Below are positions 8,221 to 16,426 of a stretch of 64,000 nt of DNA, piece by piece. A model generated the notes under the pieces. That model had not been told where the DNA came from. It saw only the letters and a program-made list of their open reading frames with translations, and ran no database searches. How positions within the stretch are numbered: position 1 is the stretch's first letter; the number at the start of each line of letters is the position of its first letter. The stretch is from a virus. Lineage: Duplodnaviria; Caudoviricetes. A program made the translations under genes and the position numbers. Location: the IMG/VR virus record IMGVR_UViG_3300012984_000010. One strand, given 5' to 3'.

Positions 8221-9369
8221 TCATTTGATGACGGCTTCCAACATCTGCACCTGCCCATCAGGCAAGGTCTCTTCAACGTAGTGATCGAACATCTCAGCGA
8301 AGTTCTCTACATAGCTGGTACGAGCGTAGGGACTGACAAAGGTTTCTTTCTTGAGGCCTTTGACGTTGATCCAACCACTCAGAGAGATTGATGCCTTGAT
8401 GGTAGGCTCCTCTTTGAGATGAACCTGGACCACCCAATCATAAGCTCGATTGAGCACTACCTTTTCCACCTCATACACCTTGCCGTCCTTGTCCTTGTGA
8501 AGATCTCCAGGCTTGGGCCAATTGGCCTTGTCGTTCAGGGCCTCTCTGAAGGCCGTTTCATCCCCGTTAAGAAGAGTTTTGTAGAGAGTCTCAATCTCAG
8601 CGTCTTTGCTCTTCAGGAACTTGAGATGTAGGCGGTGGCCCAACTCATGAATGATCGTACTGATAGCCGGTCCTTGCTTGCCTTTGAGGTTACCACGTAC
8701 GAAAAACTCGTCTGTTCTAGCAACGTAGAAGGCCAACACATTGGAGCTACGATTCACCGTATTGGTCACCTGAATGGTACCGTAGCAGATCTTGCCGAAC
8801 CCTTTGGCTTTGATCAGAGCGCTTGCTCGATCGACCACCTTGGCCACATCAGCCATCTGCTGGGCCGAAAAGTCGCCCGTATTGACGAGCGTGAAACATC
8901 CGGCCGTCTCAGTCGTGCCTGAGGCCTCATCGTTATGCAACTCTCCCTTCTTGATCACTCGATCCGCCGCATCCGCATACGACCGATAGGTGTCTACCTT
9001 CTTCTTGAGGACTTCAAGCGCTACATCAGGTTTAACTCTCTGGATGCGATTCTTGGAAAACTCCTTCGAAGCTTGCTCAATCAGCTTTCGATCGGCACTT
9101 GAAGAGATCTTGTATTGCTGCAAAATCCCCCAGAATATGCGATAAGCCCCCACCCGATTGAGGACTTCGAACGTCCCTGGCAGATAGACGGAGGCTCGGA
9201 GTGTAGTCAAAGAATCATCCTGAGCGGCACTAAGTTCGACCCACCTCTTCTCCATCGAATCCACTACTCGACGAAATTCGGCCAGAAGTGCCAGGATGTT
9301 TTCCGCCTCAGCCAATTTCCTACGATCATAGGACTCTGGGATTCGATAATCGTAGCTATAGTGGATCAT
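8221..9369 (-). CDS. Zincin (HExxH) metallopeptidase-domain protein
   Basis: IIHELGHRLH plus downstream SPYA...ENFAEMF third-ligand motif. Start likely ATG 9369 (SD GGGG); ORF track starts at 9387. Confidence 0.8.
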   Translation of the reverse strand: MIHYSYDYRIPESYDRRKLAEAENILALLAEFRRVVDSMEKRWVELSAAQDDSLTTLRASVYLPGTFEVLNRVGAYRIFWGILQQYKISSSADRKLIEQASKEFSKNRIQRVKPDVALEVLKKKVDTYRSYADAADRVIKKGELHNDEASGTTETAGCFTLVNTGDFSAQQMADVAKVVDRASALIKAKGFGKICYGTIQVTNTVNRSSNVLAFYVARTDEFFVRGNLKGKQGPAISTIIHELGHRLHLKFLKSKDAEIETLYKTLLNGDETAFREALNDKANWPKPGDLHKDKDGKVYEVEKVVLNRAYDWVVQVHLKEEPTIKASISLSGWINVKGLKKETFVSPYARTSYVENFAEMFDHYVEETLPDGQVQMLEAVIK

Positions 9370-9384
9370 GCCCCTAAGTTGAGG

Positions 9385-9394
9385 CATAAAAGGG
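9385..9394 (-). promoter_or_regulatory. Late-type motif CCCTTTTATG
   Basis: Same recurrent motif. Confidence 0.6.
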
Positions 9395-10324
9395 TCATTT
9401 GCTGGGCGGTCTGCCTATGGTTCTGGGATGTTCGATACCTAGGCGTTCGAGATGCCTTGTCACCGTTGTGGGTGCTTCATCCAGAATCTTCGCCATGCGT
9501 TTGATTGGAGTGCCGCAATCGACCAGCTCCTTAAGGCGTTCAAATGTGAGTTTTTTGCGTAGTTGGTACTGAGGCCCCTGGAATCCAAACGACAACTTGT
9601 AGTGCATACACTCTGGCATATGGGGCGTAATCAGGGCGATGAAACGTTCCGCCTGATCTTCACCCTCAAAGTGGAAGTTACCTGTGTTACCATCACACAC
9701 CTCCCAACGAGGCTTGAATCCAAGTCTCTCGAAGATGGTCAATGCTATTGCATGACTTGACGGCTGCATACCAAACGTGATGCGTGGCCACCAGCCAGAA
9801 GAACCGTCATCCATGAACCATATTGCTAGAGCCAAGTAATCCACCAAATCAACTACTTCTGGTTGCAGCTGTTTTGGCCCAGGATTGGGATAGAACAGGG
9901 CATGCCAGGAGAGAAGCTGAGTGTGGGAGACAGTTTCGAAACGCCAAGCTGGAAAGTCTCTGGAGATGTATAGAGGCTCAGTCTTTACCCAAGGTCCCCA
10001 TTCCTGGACTTTCCAATCCAAGTATGATTTCTGAGCTTCAGAGTGAAGCTCACAGTATCGAGCTACATTCAAGCTTTTTGAGATTCGACCATCCCCTAAC
10101 ATTGAGCCGACAAGCACCGATCGTAGTCGACCTTCGATTGGCACAATAAGATGCCTTTCTGTGCGACAAATGGTCTCAATACCAAATCGGCGACGCCAAG
10201 ATCTGACTCGTTTGACTGTTGTAGGGGCTCCTAAACGATCAGCTATTTGATCGTCTGTGAGTTTCTCGACTAGATACCAGCTACGTAGTTCTTCAGGGGC
10301 GACTGGGCACGATATAGATCTCAT
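9395..10324 (-). mobile_element. Free-standing LAGLIDADG homing endonuclease with HTH-like termini
   Basis: VLVGSMLGDG and LAIWFMDDGS paired motifs. It lies after the capsid gene stop and terminator. Start likely 10324; ORF track starts at 10342. Confidence 0.9.
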
Positions 10325-10360
10325 GATCTCACATCGTAGCATAACGGTGACTTAAGCTCC

Positions 10361-10399
10361 AAAGAAAAACGCCCCCAGAGATAACCCTGGAGGCGTTTT
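10361..10399 (-). terminator. Intrinsic terminator downstream of the major capsid gene
   Basis: Minus strand AAAACGCCTCCAG-GGTTATCT-CTGGGGGCGTTTT followed by CTTT. Confidence 0.85.
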
Positions 10400-10425
10400 C
10401 GATCAAGCCGTTAGGCTTATTGGGT

Positions 10426-11307
10426 TCAGATGCGGGTGACGACCAAACGGGTCATAGCACGCGGGTTGAATGCGCCTATGCCGACGTTCTGAAAACAGCT
10501 GAAACCAATTGTGCGGGCCTTCGGGTCATCCGCCGACAACACGGTCAGTTCCGTGCGGACGGGGAAGCGACCGAAGTTCTCTGGCTCGCCGCAGACGTAC
10601 ACGAAGCCGGCCGGAACCAGACGCGACGTGATGATCTGAGCACCCCAGAGGGTGGCCTGCAAACCTGTCTTGAGCAGGGTGGCCTGCGACTCGATATCCA
10701 GGATGTCGCGACCGAACTTGCGGATGTCCGCGTAGTCGGTGGCGTTCATGTAGATACGAGCAACACGGAGGTCGTGGCGTTCGATTTCCGCGAAAGCATC
10801 GGCGAGGACGCTTGGCGAGATCGGGGCCACCACGGCGATATCCGGGTTGGTCTGGCCGGGGAGGGTGTCGAAGCCCGAGACAGCGATGCTGTCGAGGACG
10901 GCGAACACGCGCTCATCTTCAGCGGCCTGAATCTGCGCCTTGGCGAGGTCCTGGCTGCGTTCAATGAGGTCGAAACGACGCTCCTTGATCTGGGTCAACG
11001 GTATTTCGGGGTTCGAGGCGATCTCGAACAACGGGAAGATGACACGACGTGGCTTCTGGATAGCCAAGATGTTCGAGCCTTCTTCGCCGACCACGAAAGC
11101 CGTAACTTCCGGATCCTTGTCGTAGATTGGCAATGCGCCGTCCGGTAGTTGTTCTACCAAGAAGGTCTTGCGACCAACGGCCGTGTAGTCACGGCGGAGA
11201 CGCAAGGGTTGGATCATCGAGGCTGCGAGCTTGGCACGACCGGCGGCGGTCTTGATGTACTCGGAGATGATCTGCTGCTTGACTTCGTTGCTTACTTGCT
11301 GAGGCAT
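10426..11307 (-). CDS. Major capsid protein (HK97-fold inferred)
   Basis: 293 aa. Follows protease, scaffold and decoration genes; strong terminator after it; marked GC codon bias; capsid-like pattern VEQLPDGALPIYDKD...VIFPLFEIASNPEIPLTQIKERRFDL. Confidence 0.88.
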   Translation of the reverse strand: MPQQVSNEVKQQIISEYIKTAAGRAKLAASMIQPLRLRRDYTAVGRKTFLVEQLPDGALPIYDKDPEVTAFVVGEEGSNILAIQKPRRVIFPLFEIASNPEIPLTQIKERRFDLIERSQDLAKAQIQAAEDERVFAVLDSIAVSGFDTLPGQTNPDIAVVAPISPSVLADAFAEIERHDLRVARIYMNATDYADIRKFGRDILDIESQATLLKTGLQATLWGAQIITSRLVPAGFVYVCGEPENFGRFPVRTELTVLSADDPKARTIGFSCFQNVGIGAFNPRAMTRLVVTRI

Positions 11308-11354
11308 AGCTTTGTTTTCCTTACGGGAATTCCCTTAGAGGCCTAGTTTCCCGC

Positions 11355-11972
11355 TCAGATGCGGAGATCGAATACCAAGAGCGTGTTGTTCGCATCGGGG
11401 GCTACCTTGAGGATGCCGACGATGGTGGGTGTGTTGGCGCTGAGGGCACCGAACTTTTCATAGGCGTCAGCCGCCACGTTGGTGATGAACCCGTTTGCCG
11501 AAGCATAGAGGGCATCGCCAGGAGCGTAGGTCAGAGCCGCGCTACCTGAAGCTAGGTTCTGGGTTTCCCAGAGCGAAACGCCGACTGTACCGAAGCCGCA
11601 GAGGTATGGGCCACGACCAGAGGCAACACCAGGGGTGTTTTCGAAGGCGTTACCCAACGAATCGTTGATGAAGAGGCCGAGTGGCTTCTGGCCAACCACG
11701 TAGGCTGCGCCTACCTGGGCAGGACCACCGTGAAAGCCGTTACCAGCGTCTGGACGAGTGAATGCGAAGCTGGCGCCCAAGACGCCTAGTTTGCTGATAC
11801 CTGCGAGGGTTGTGCTTTTGTTGGCACCGGCAGTGACGTTCACGGGGTTGGCTTGAGTGAAAGCGTCCGCCGTCAAGACGCCAACGCTGTTGCGTTGACC
11901 GACGTGGAAGATCTGCACTCTGCCGGAAGTTTCCCTGAAGTCACCCGAGCCTTGGCCGAGAGATAGAGGCAT
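11355..11972 (-). CDS. Capsid decoration/auxiliary protein
   Basis: 205 aa, Gly/Ala-rich beta protein directly upstream of the MCP; TYAPGDALYASANG pattern. Confidence 0.65.
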   Translation of the reverse strand: MPLSLGQGSGDFRETSGRVQIFHVGQRNSVGVLTADAFTQANPVNVTAGANKSTTLAGISKLGVLGASFAFTRPDAGNGFHGGPAQVGAAYVVGQKPLGLFINDSLGNAFENTPGVASGRGPYLCGFGTVGVSLWETQNLASGSAALTYAPGDALYASANGFITNVAADAYEKFGALSANTPTIVGILKVAPDANNTLLVFDLRI

Positions 11973-12053
11973 ATTGAAATTCTCCTAAAAATGGGCTTTG
12001 TTGCTGGGGGACGAAATTTACATCTAGATATTGAGTATTAGGTCTTCAGCAAT

Positions 12054-13280
12054 TCAGATGCCGAAGATGCCCTTCACGTCTGGAGCCGACTGCCAGAGGC
12101 TCGACAACTTGTCGATATCTCCGCCCGTAGCAGCGTTTCCACCGCTACCGATTGCCGACACACCAACTGAGGGCTGAGTGCCAATCGTACGCTTAGAGGC
12201 CGTACGGGTTGTGTGCACAGTCGAAGCCTGAACCGGAATACCAGTCAGGATTGCGTTTGCTTGCTGTGCTTCGATGACTTCTTGATTGGAAGCAAACAAG
12301 GTCTTGAGAACCTCATCCTCGGAAGCGGCGATGTGAGTCTCACCAACATCCATCGAGATACCGTCCAACTCAATGTCATTGAAGCTATTGGCCAACACTG
12401 GCTGACCAACCTCGTCTTGGAGCATCTGGTCCAGCAATTGGTCATCACCCAACTGCTGCTGAACCTGAGCGGGAGCCTGTTGCTGCTGTCCTTGACCCAG
12501 AGCTTGCTGGAACAACGACATAACCTGATCCTGCTGCAAGCCCGTCTGGGCCATCGCATCACAAGCGGCCTTGAAAGCCTGGTAGGCAGCTTGCTTCTTC
12601 TGCTCTTCCGCATCATCCTTAGCCTGCTGCTGAGCCTGCTTTTGCTGCTCTTCGTCAGCCTGCTGAGCTTGCTGCTGGGCTTGCTTAGCCTGCTGCTCCT
12701 GGCCCTCTTCCTTCTCATCCTTCTTCTTGAAGTTCTCAGGAATCTGACCAGCTTGCTTCTGCTCTTCCGAGTCTTGAGCTTGCTGTTGCTGAGCTTGTTT
12801 GCTCTGCTCTTCTTCGTCTTCCTCTTCGGCTGCCAGACGATTGACAGATTCGATCAAAGCTGCATCAGGCATATGCATGAATGCGAGAGCTTGATCTTCA
12901 ATCATCGACTCAGAAGCCTTCTTGGACAGGCAGCGCTTGGCCAGCTTGATGCAGAGAGAGGCCTTCTTCTCCAGCACCTCATCTTCCGCAGCAGCTTCTT
13001 CTTGCTGTTCAGCAGCTGTCTTCTCAGCATGGTTGAAAGTGTCACCACGTAGTTCGGGCATTCCGATCTCGTTGCGCTTGACTTCACCACCGCTGTACTC
13101 AGCTTTCCAAGTAGTGTTGGATGGATGAACATCTTCGGCGAAATCCGAAGGTCCACCGATCTCATACTTGTCGGCTGCCGGTTGTTGGCTCAAATGGTCT
13201 TGGTTCATTGCACGGGGGTCTTCTGCAATTCTGACGTTCTGTGCAATCTTTTCACGATTCCAGGTGGTGCGTTCGCGCAT
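12054..13280 (-). CDS. Capsid scaffolding protein
   Basis: Acidic, Q/E-rich low-complexity helical protein between the protease and capsid genes. Confidence 0.65.
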   Translation of the reverse strand: MRERTTWNREKIAQNVRIAEDPRAMNQDHLSQQPAADKYEIGGPSDFAEDVHPSNTTWKAEYSGGEVKRNEIGMPELRGDTFNHAEKTAAEQQEEAAAEDEVLEKKASLCIKLAKRCLSKKASESMIEDQALAFMHMPDAALIESVNRLAAEEEDEEEQSKQAQQQQAQDSEEQKQAGQIPENFKKKDEKEEGQEQQAKQAQQQAQQADEEQQKQAQQQAKDDAEEQKKQAAYQAFKAACDAMAQTGLQQDQVMSLFQQALGQGQQQQAPAQVQQQLGDDQLLDQMLQDEVGQPVLANSFNDIELDGISMDVGETHIAASEDEVLKTLFASNQEVIEAQQANAILTGIPVQASTVHTTRTASKRTIGTQPSVGVSAIGSGGNAATGGDIDKLSSLWQSAPDVKGIFGI

Positions 13281-13315
13281 GACGGGATCACCCTTTCCTA
13301 TGCCTTGTAGTGGGG

Positions 13316-13324
13316 TATAAAGAG
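13316..13324 (-). promoter_or_regulatory. Late-type motif CTCTTTATA upstream of the scaffold gene
   Basis: Same recurrent motif. Confidence 0.55.
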
Positions 13325-13326
13325 AT

Positions 13327-14874
13327 TTACGATTTCGAGAGATCGAAAAGTTTGCCTTTTGTGATCAAGGCATCGGTCTCTGATGTGGTCAGTTCTCGTC
13401 CAACTGCTCGACGACAAGCCGCCAAGTAGCTATCTGCATCTCCGTAAGCCAACATCCCGCCAACAGTCAAAACGGTGCGGTAGATTCGATGTTCGCCTGC
13501 AATCCTAACTCCCTGGATGTTGTCCAGAAAGCGTGAGATTGCCAGTACTTCCGTTCCTGAGTACGAAGCTTCTTTGACGGCTTGCCAACCGCCATTCTTG
13601 AACAACAACAAGCCAGTCAAGACCTTGCGAGCCATCTCTGGATTGGGTGTTTGGGCCAACACCACCTCTGCTAGACGCTTCCAAGAGGAGCTCTTTTGGA
13701 CCGCTTCACGCAGCAAAGTGTTGTTCTGATTTTCTTTCAAATCGGCACGAGGGGGGAGATCTTTTTGATTCATCTCACCTCGAACCTTCTCCAACGCCTT
13801 CTCTTTGATCAGATCAGCCAGGCTATCGACTGCCTTATCTATGGGTTGCTGATCTTTCTTAGGGTTGGCCGGAGCCGCTTGATCAGCCCCTTCAAATTGT
13901 TCTTGATCCTGTGATGGATGCGAAGGATCCGATAGAGAAATCCTAGTACGAGGAGCAATGGCAGGGTTCTGAACACGACTCACAACCCTCATATCGTTGG
14001 TCTGCAGATGAGCCGCTTTTCCGAATTGAGAAGCGTCCGGAACCTGAGTGGGCATCGAGAAGGCGACTTGCACCTTGTTACCAACCTTGGCCAATTCATC
14101 TGGAGTTAGGATGTTGCGAACCACCGCCCCCTTGAAAGCAGGATTGGCGACCCAACTGGCCTCAATAAACTTGACCGAGCGAGGATCTGTCACATGGCCG
14201 CACAGCTCGGCAATCTTACGAGTCCTCCCCAGAGCATCAATGAACTGATTGCCCTTGGAGTATTTGATGTGTTGACAGAGCTGGGTCTCGTCTTCCGCCA
14301 CATTCCCACATTGTGTGCAGGTTGTGTGGGCGACCGTGCAACCCATACTTAGAGTCTGTAGTTGCTGAGACTTGATGGCCGCAATCAGAGGGGAATGCTT
14401 GAGTTCCGTTGCTACCAAGATGTCTACGTAGACCGTGTCTCCAAGATCACGAGCCGCCGCATCAATGATGCGTCCCTTAGACAACTCAGGTATTTGCAAA
14501 TGTTCTACGTAATTCTGACCACCAATGAAGGTGCGGAACGTTGCGAGCAACAAGTTACGTTCCCAGCTATCCTGATTGCTGTTGACATACTGTGCCGTCT
14601 TGGTAGTGATGTAGTAGTCTTGATAACGACGATCGATCTGGAAACCGTTATCAAACGTACGTCCCAACTGACCAGGACCGTTCTCGGTATCGACAGACGC
14701 GATGATGGTACAGTGTGTAAGCAGATATTCTTTGGGGTCGTATTTCTGGACCACTTCCAAGCTGGCTGTCTTGGCAAAAGCTCCGCCCATCGACTTGGCA
14801 CGCAAATCGTCCCATGTCGACATCGTTACGACGGGCTGAACCACCGCCGCATTGGCGTACTTGGAGAAGGCCAT
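13327..14874 (-). CDS. Prohead maturation protease with zinc-ribbon insert
   Basis: YVEH (His), LSMG (Ser), CTQCG...CQH insert and FIEASWVANPA motif; upstream of the scaffold gene. Confidence 0.75.
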   Translation of the reverse strand: MAFSKYANAAVVQPVVTMSTWDDLRAKSMGGAFAKTASLEVVQKYDPKEYLLTHCTIIASVDTENGPGQLGRTFDNGFQIDRRYQDYYITTKTAQYVNSNQDSWERNLLLATFRTFIGGQNYVEHLQIPELSKGRIIDAAARDLGDTVYVDILVATELKHSPLIAAIKSQQLQTLSMGCTVAHTTCTQCGNVAEDETQLCQHIKYSKGNQFIDALGRTRKIAELCGHVTDPRSVKFIEASWVANPAFKGAVVRNILTPDELAKVGNKVQVAFSMPTQVPDASQFGKAAHLQTNDMRVVSRVQNPAIAPRTRISLSDPSHPSQDQEQFEGADQAAPANPKKDQQPIDKAVDSLADLIKEKALEKVRGEMNQKDLPPRADLKENQNNTLLREAVQKSSSWKRLAEVVLAQTPNPEMARKVLTGLLLFKNGGWQAVKEASYSGTEVLAISRFLDNIQGVRIAGEHRIYRTVLTVGGMLAYGDADSYLAACRRAVGRELTTSETDALITKGKLFDLSKS

Positions 14875-14877
14875 GAC

Positions 14878-15264
14878 TTAGAACACCTCGAAAGGAGGCA
14901 AACCTAGGAATCGATCAACGAGGCGATTGGCAGAGGCATACTTGGGGGATTTACCGCTCGCAATGAACTCATCAATCATCTTGATTACCGCCTTGACAGG
15001 CGGCATATCGTTCACGTGGAATTTCTTAATGAGGGCCGCCTTCAATGCATTTAACGCCTCAGGAGTTGATTCGTTCAAATAGGAATGAACCAACTGCTCA
15101 GCTTCCTGTTTGGCACCCAGCCAAAGAGAAAGACGATAGATGTTGTCTGGACGACCCTTCTTTAGGGCGTTCTGCTGAAGAAGCTTGTCATAGCGAGTGA
15201 GACGGCCCACTAGGATGGTCAAGAAATTCTTGACAGTGCCTGGAATGTTGGCTGATCTCACCAT
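14878..15264 (-). CDS. Hypothetical late protein
   Basis: 128 aa; C-terminal KYASANRLVDRF. Confidence 0.6.
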   Translation of the reverse strand: MVRSANIPGTVKNFLTILVGRLTRYDKLLQQNALKKGRPDNIYRLSLWLGAKQEAEQLVHSYLNESTPEALNALKAALIKKFHVNDMPPVKAVIKMIDEFIASGKSPKYASANRLVDRFLGLPPFEVF

Positions 15265-15968
15265 GCAACAGGCTCCCCACCTGGACCAAGAATGTCATCC
15301 TGCTTGATCAGGTACAAATCTTTGGGACAAGCAAACAAGCGTGTTCGCTGTCCCTCAGACATCTTATAGGTGGTTTTCCGCATCGCTGTCCCGCACCTAG
15401 GACAATTGGGACATCGGTTATCAACCTCAGCCCTGGTGGCCCTGTGGGTACGATTCTGAGCCGCCCAGTAGGTGGCCGTCTTACGGACGAACTCACTGAT
15501 GAACAGGTCTACCGAGTTGGAGGCAAAGCGATAAAATCTCTGCACCTCGTCCCTCAAAGCCGTATCATCAGAGAAAGAGGCGTAACGATGCCACAGTTCG
15601 TCATATGCCCTTACCTCATGAGCACCCTTGTGGAACAGTCTAGCTAGCTCTTTATGGAAGCCAGCCGGCAGCTCGATTGAACGCCATTGACCCTTCGAAG
15701 CCTCTCTCTTTTGCTCCAAACCAGGGTAGTAGGAGAAATTGAGACTAGGTGGTAGGTAGGCGGCGAATTCCTTGTTGACCTTCACTACCTCTTCAGGCGA
15801 GACTCGTTCATTGTCAAAAGGCCACTGGACATCAAGAAAACCGATCCCATGTAGGACCGCTGTGACGCGACCCACATAGGGCGATAGACTGACACTTCGA
15901 CTGGGGATGTACTTCTGTACGAAGTCCCCAGGCTTGAAGTCCTTGGTCAATTTCCAGTAATCGATCAC
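15258..15968 (-). CDS. Hypothetical protein (SH3-like N-terminus, C-terminal zinc ribbon)
   Basis: FKPGDFV...VGRV; CPRCG...FACPK. Confidence 0.6.
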   Translation of the reverse strand: MIDYWKLTKDFKPGDFVQKYIPSRSVSLSPYVGRVTAVLHGIGFLDVQWPFDNERVSPEEVVKVNKEFAAYLPPSLNFSYYPGLEQKREASKGQWRSIELPAGFHKELARLFHKGAHEVRAYDELWHRYASFSDDTALRDEVQRFYRFASNSVDLFISEFVRKTATYWAAQNRTHRATRAEVDNRCPNCPRCGTAMRKTTYKMSEGQRTRLFACPKDLYLIKQDDILGPGGEPVAW

Positions 15969-15994
15969 TTGCCCGTCCCTTACTAAAACTTAGT

Positions 15995-16390
15995 TCAGGG
16001 AGCGAGAGGACGGCCCGTTGTCGACTTACCGTTATTGACGGCACTCGACTGATCGTCGGCGTAAGCACTCATGTACGGTTCATCAGCATCCGTCTGGAGC
16101 GGCGCCATAGGCTTGTTGAAGGTGTCCATGTAAGATTCGTCCGAATCCTTTTGAATCACCTTGGCACTCTTTAGGACCACCACCTGACGGCGAGCCATCG
16201 ATTCTGGACCGAAGAAGTGAGCCTCTGCCTCATCCGCCACCTTATCGAGGTGGTTGACAAGTTGCTTGGCATTGTCGAACGACAACCCCATAGAGGCGAA
16301 GTTCGCTTGAATGTCGGAAGCGATGCGATCGAAAGCAGAGAGAATCTCGCTTGCCTTTTTTGACTGTTCTGCAGAAAGTTTGTTAGCCAT
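15995..16390 (-). CDS. Hypothetical head-module protein
   Basis: 131 aa; late motif and SD AGGA upstream. Confidence 0.65.
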   Translation of the reverse strand: MANKLSAEQSKKASEILSAFDRIASDIQANFASMGLSFDNAKQLVNHLDKVADEAEAHFFGPESMARRQVVVLKSAKVIQKDSDESYMDTFNKPMAPLQTDADEPYMSAYADDQSSAVNNGKSTTGRPLAP

Positions 16391-16415
16391 TTGTGGGGTT
16401 CCTAAGTCCTTCTAG

Positions 16416-16425
16416 GTAAAAAGGG
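16416..16425 (-). promoter_or_regulatory. Late-type motif CCCTTTTTAC
   Basis: Same recurrent motif. Confidence 0.5.
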
Positions 16426-16426
16426 T

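Noticed and set aside
9395-10342. LAGLIDADG ORF as an intron or intein in the capsid gene
   Set aside because: The MCP has its own stop and terminator before this ORF, and no intein splice motifs or split exons were seen.
12450-12830. CAG/GCT-rich stretch as a DNA repeat array
   Set aside because: It encodes the Q/A/E-rich scaffold; the units are irregular and explained at protein level.
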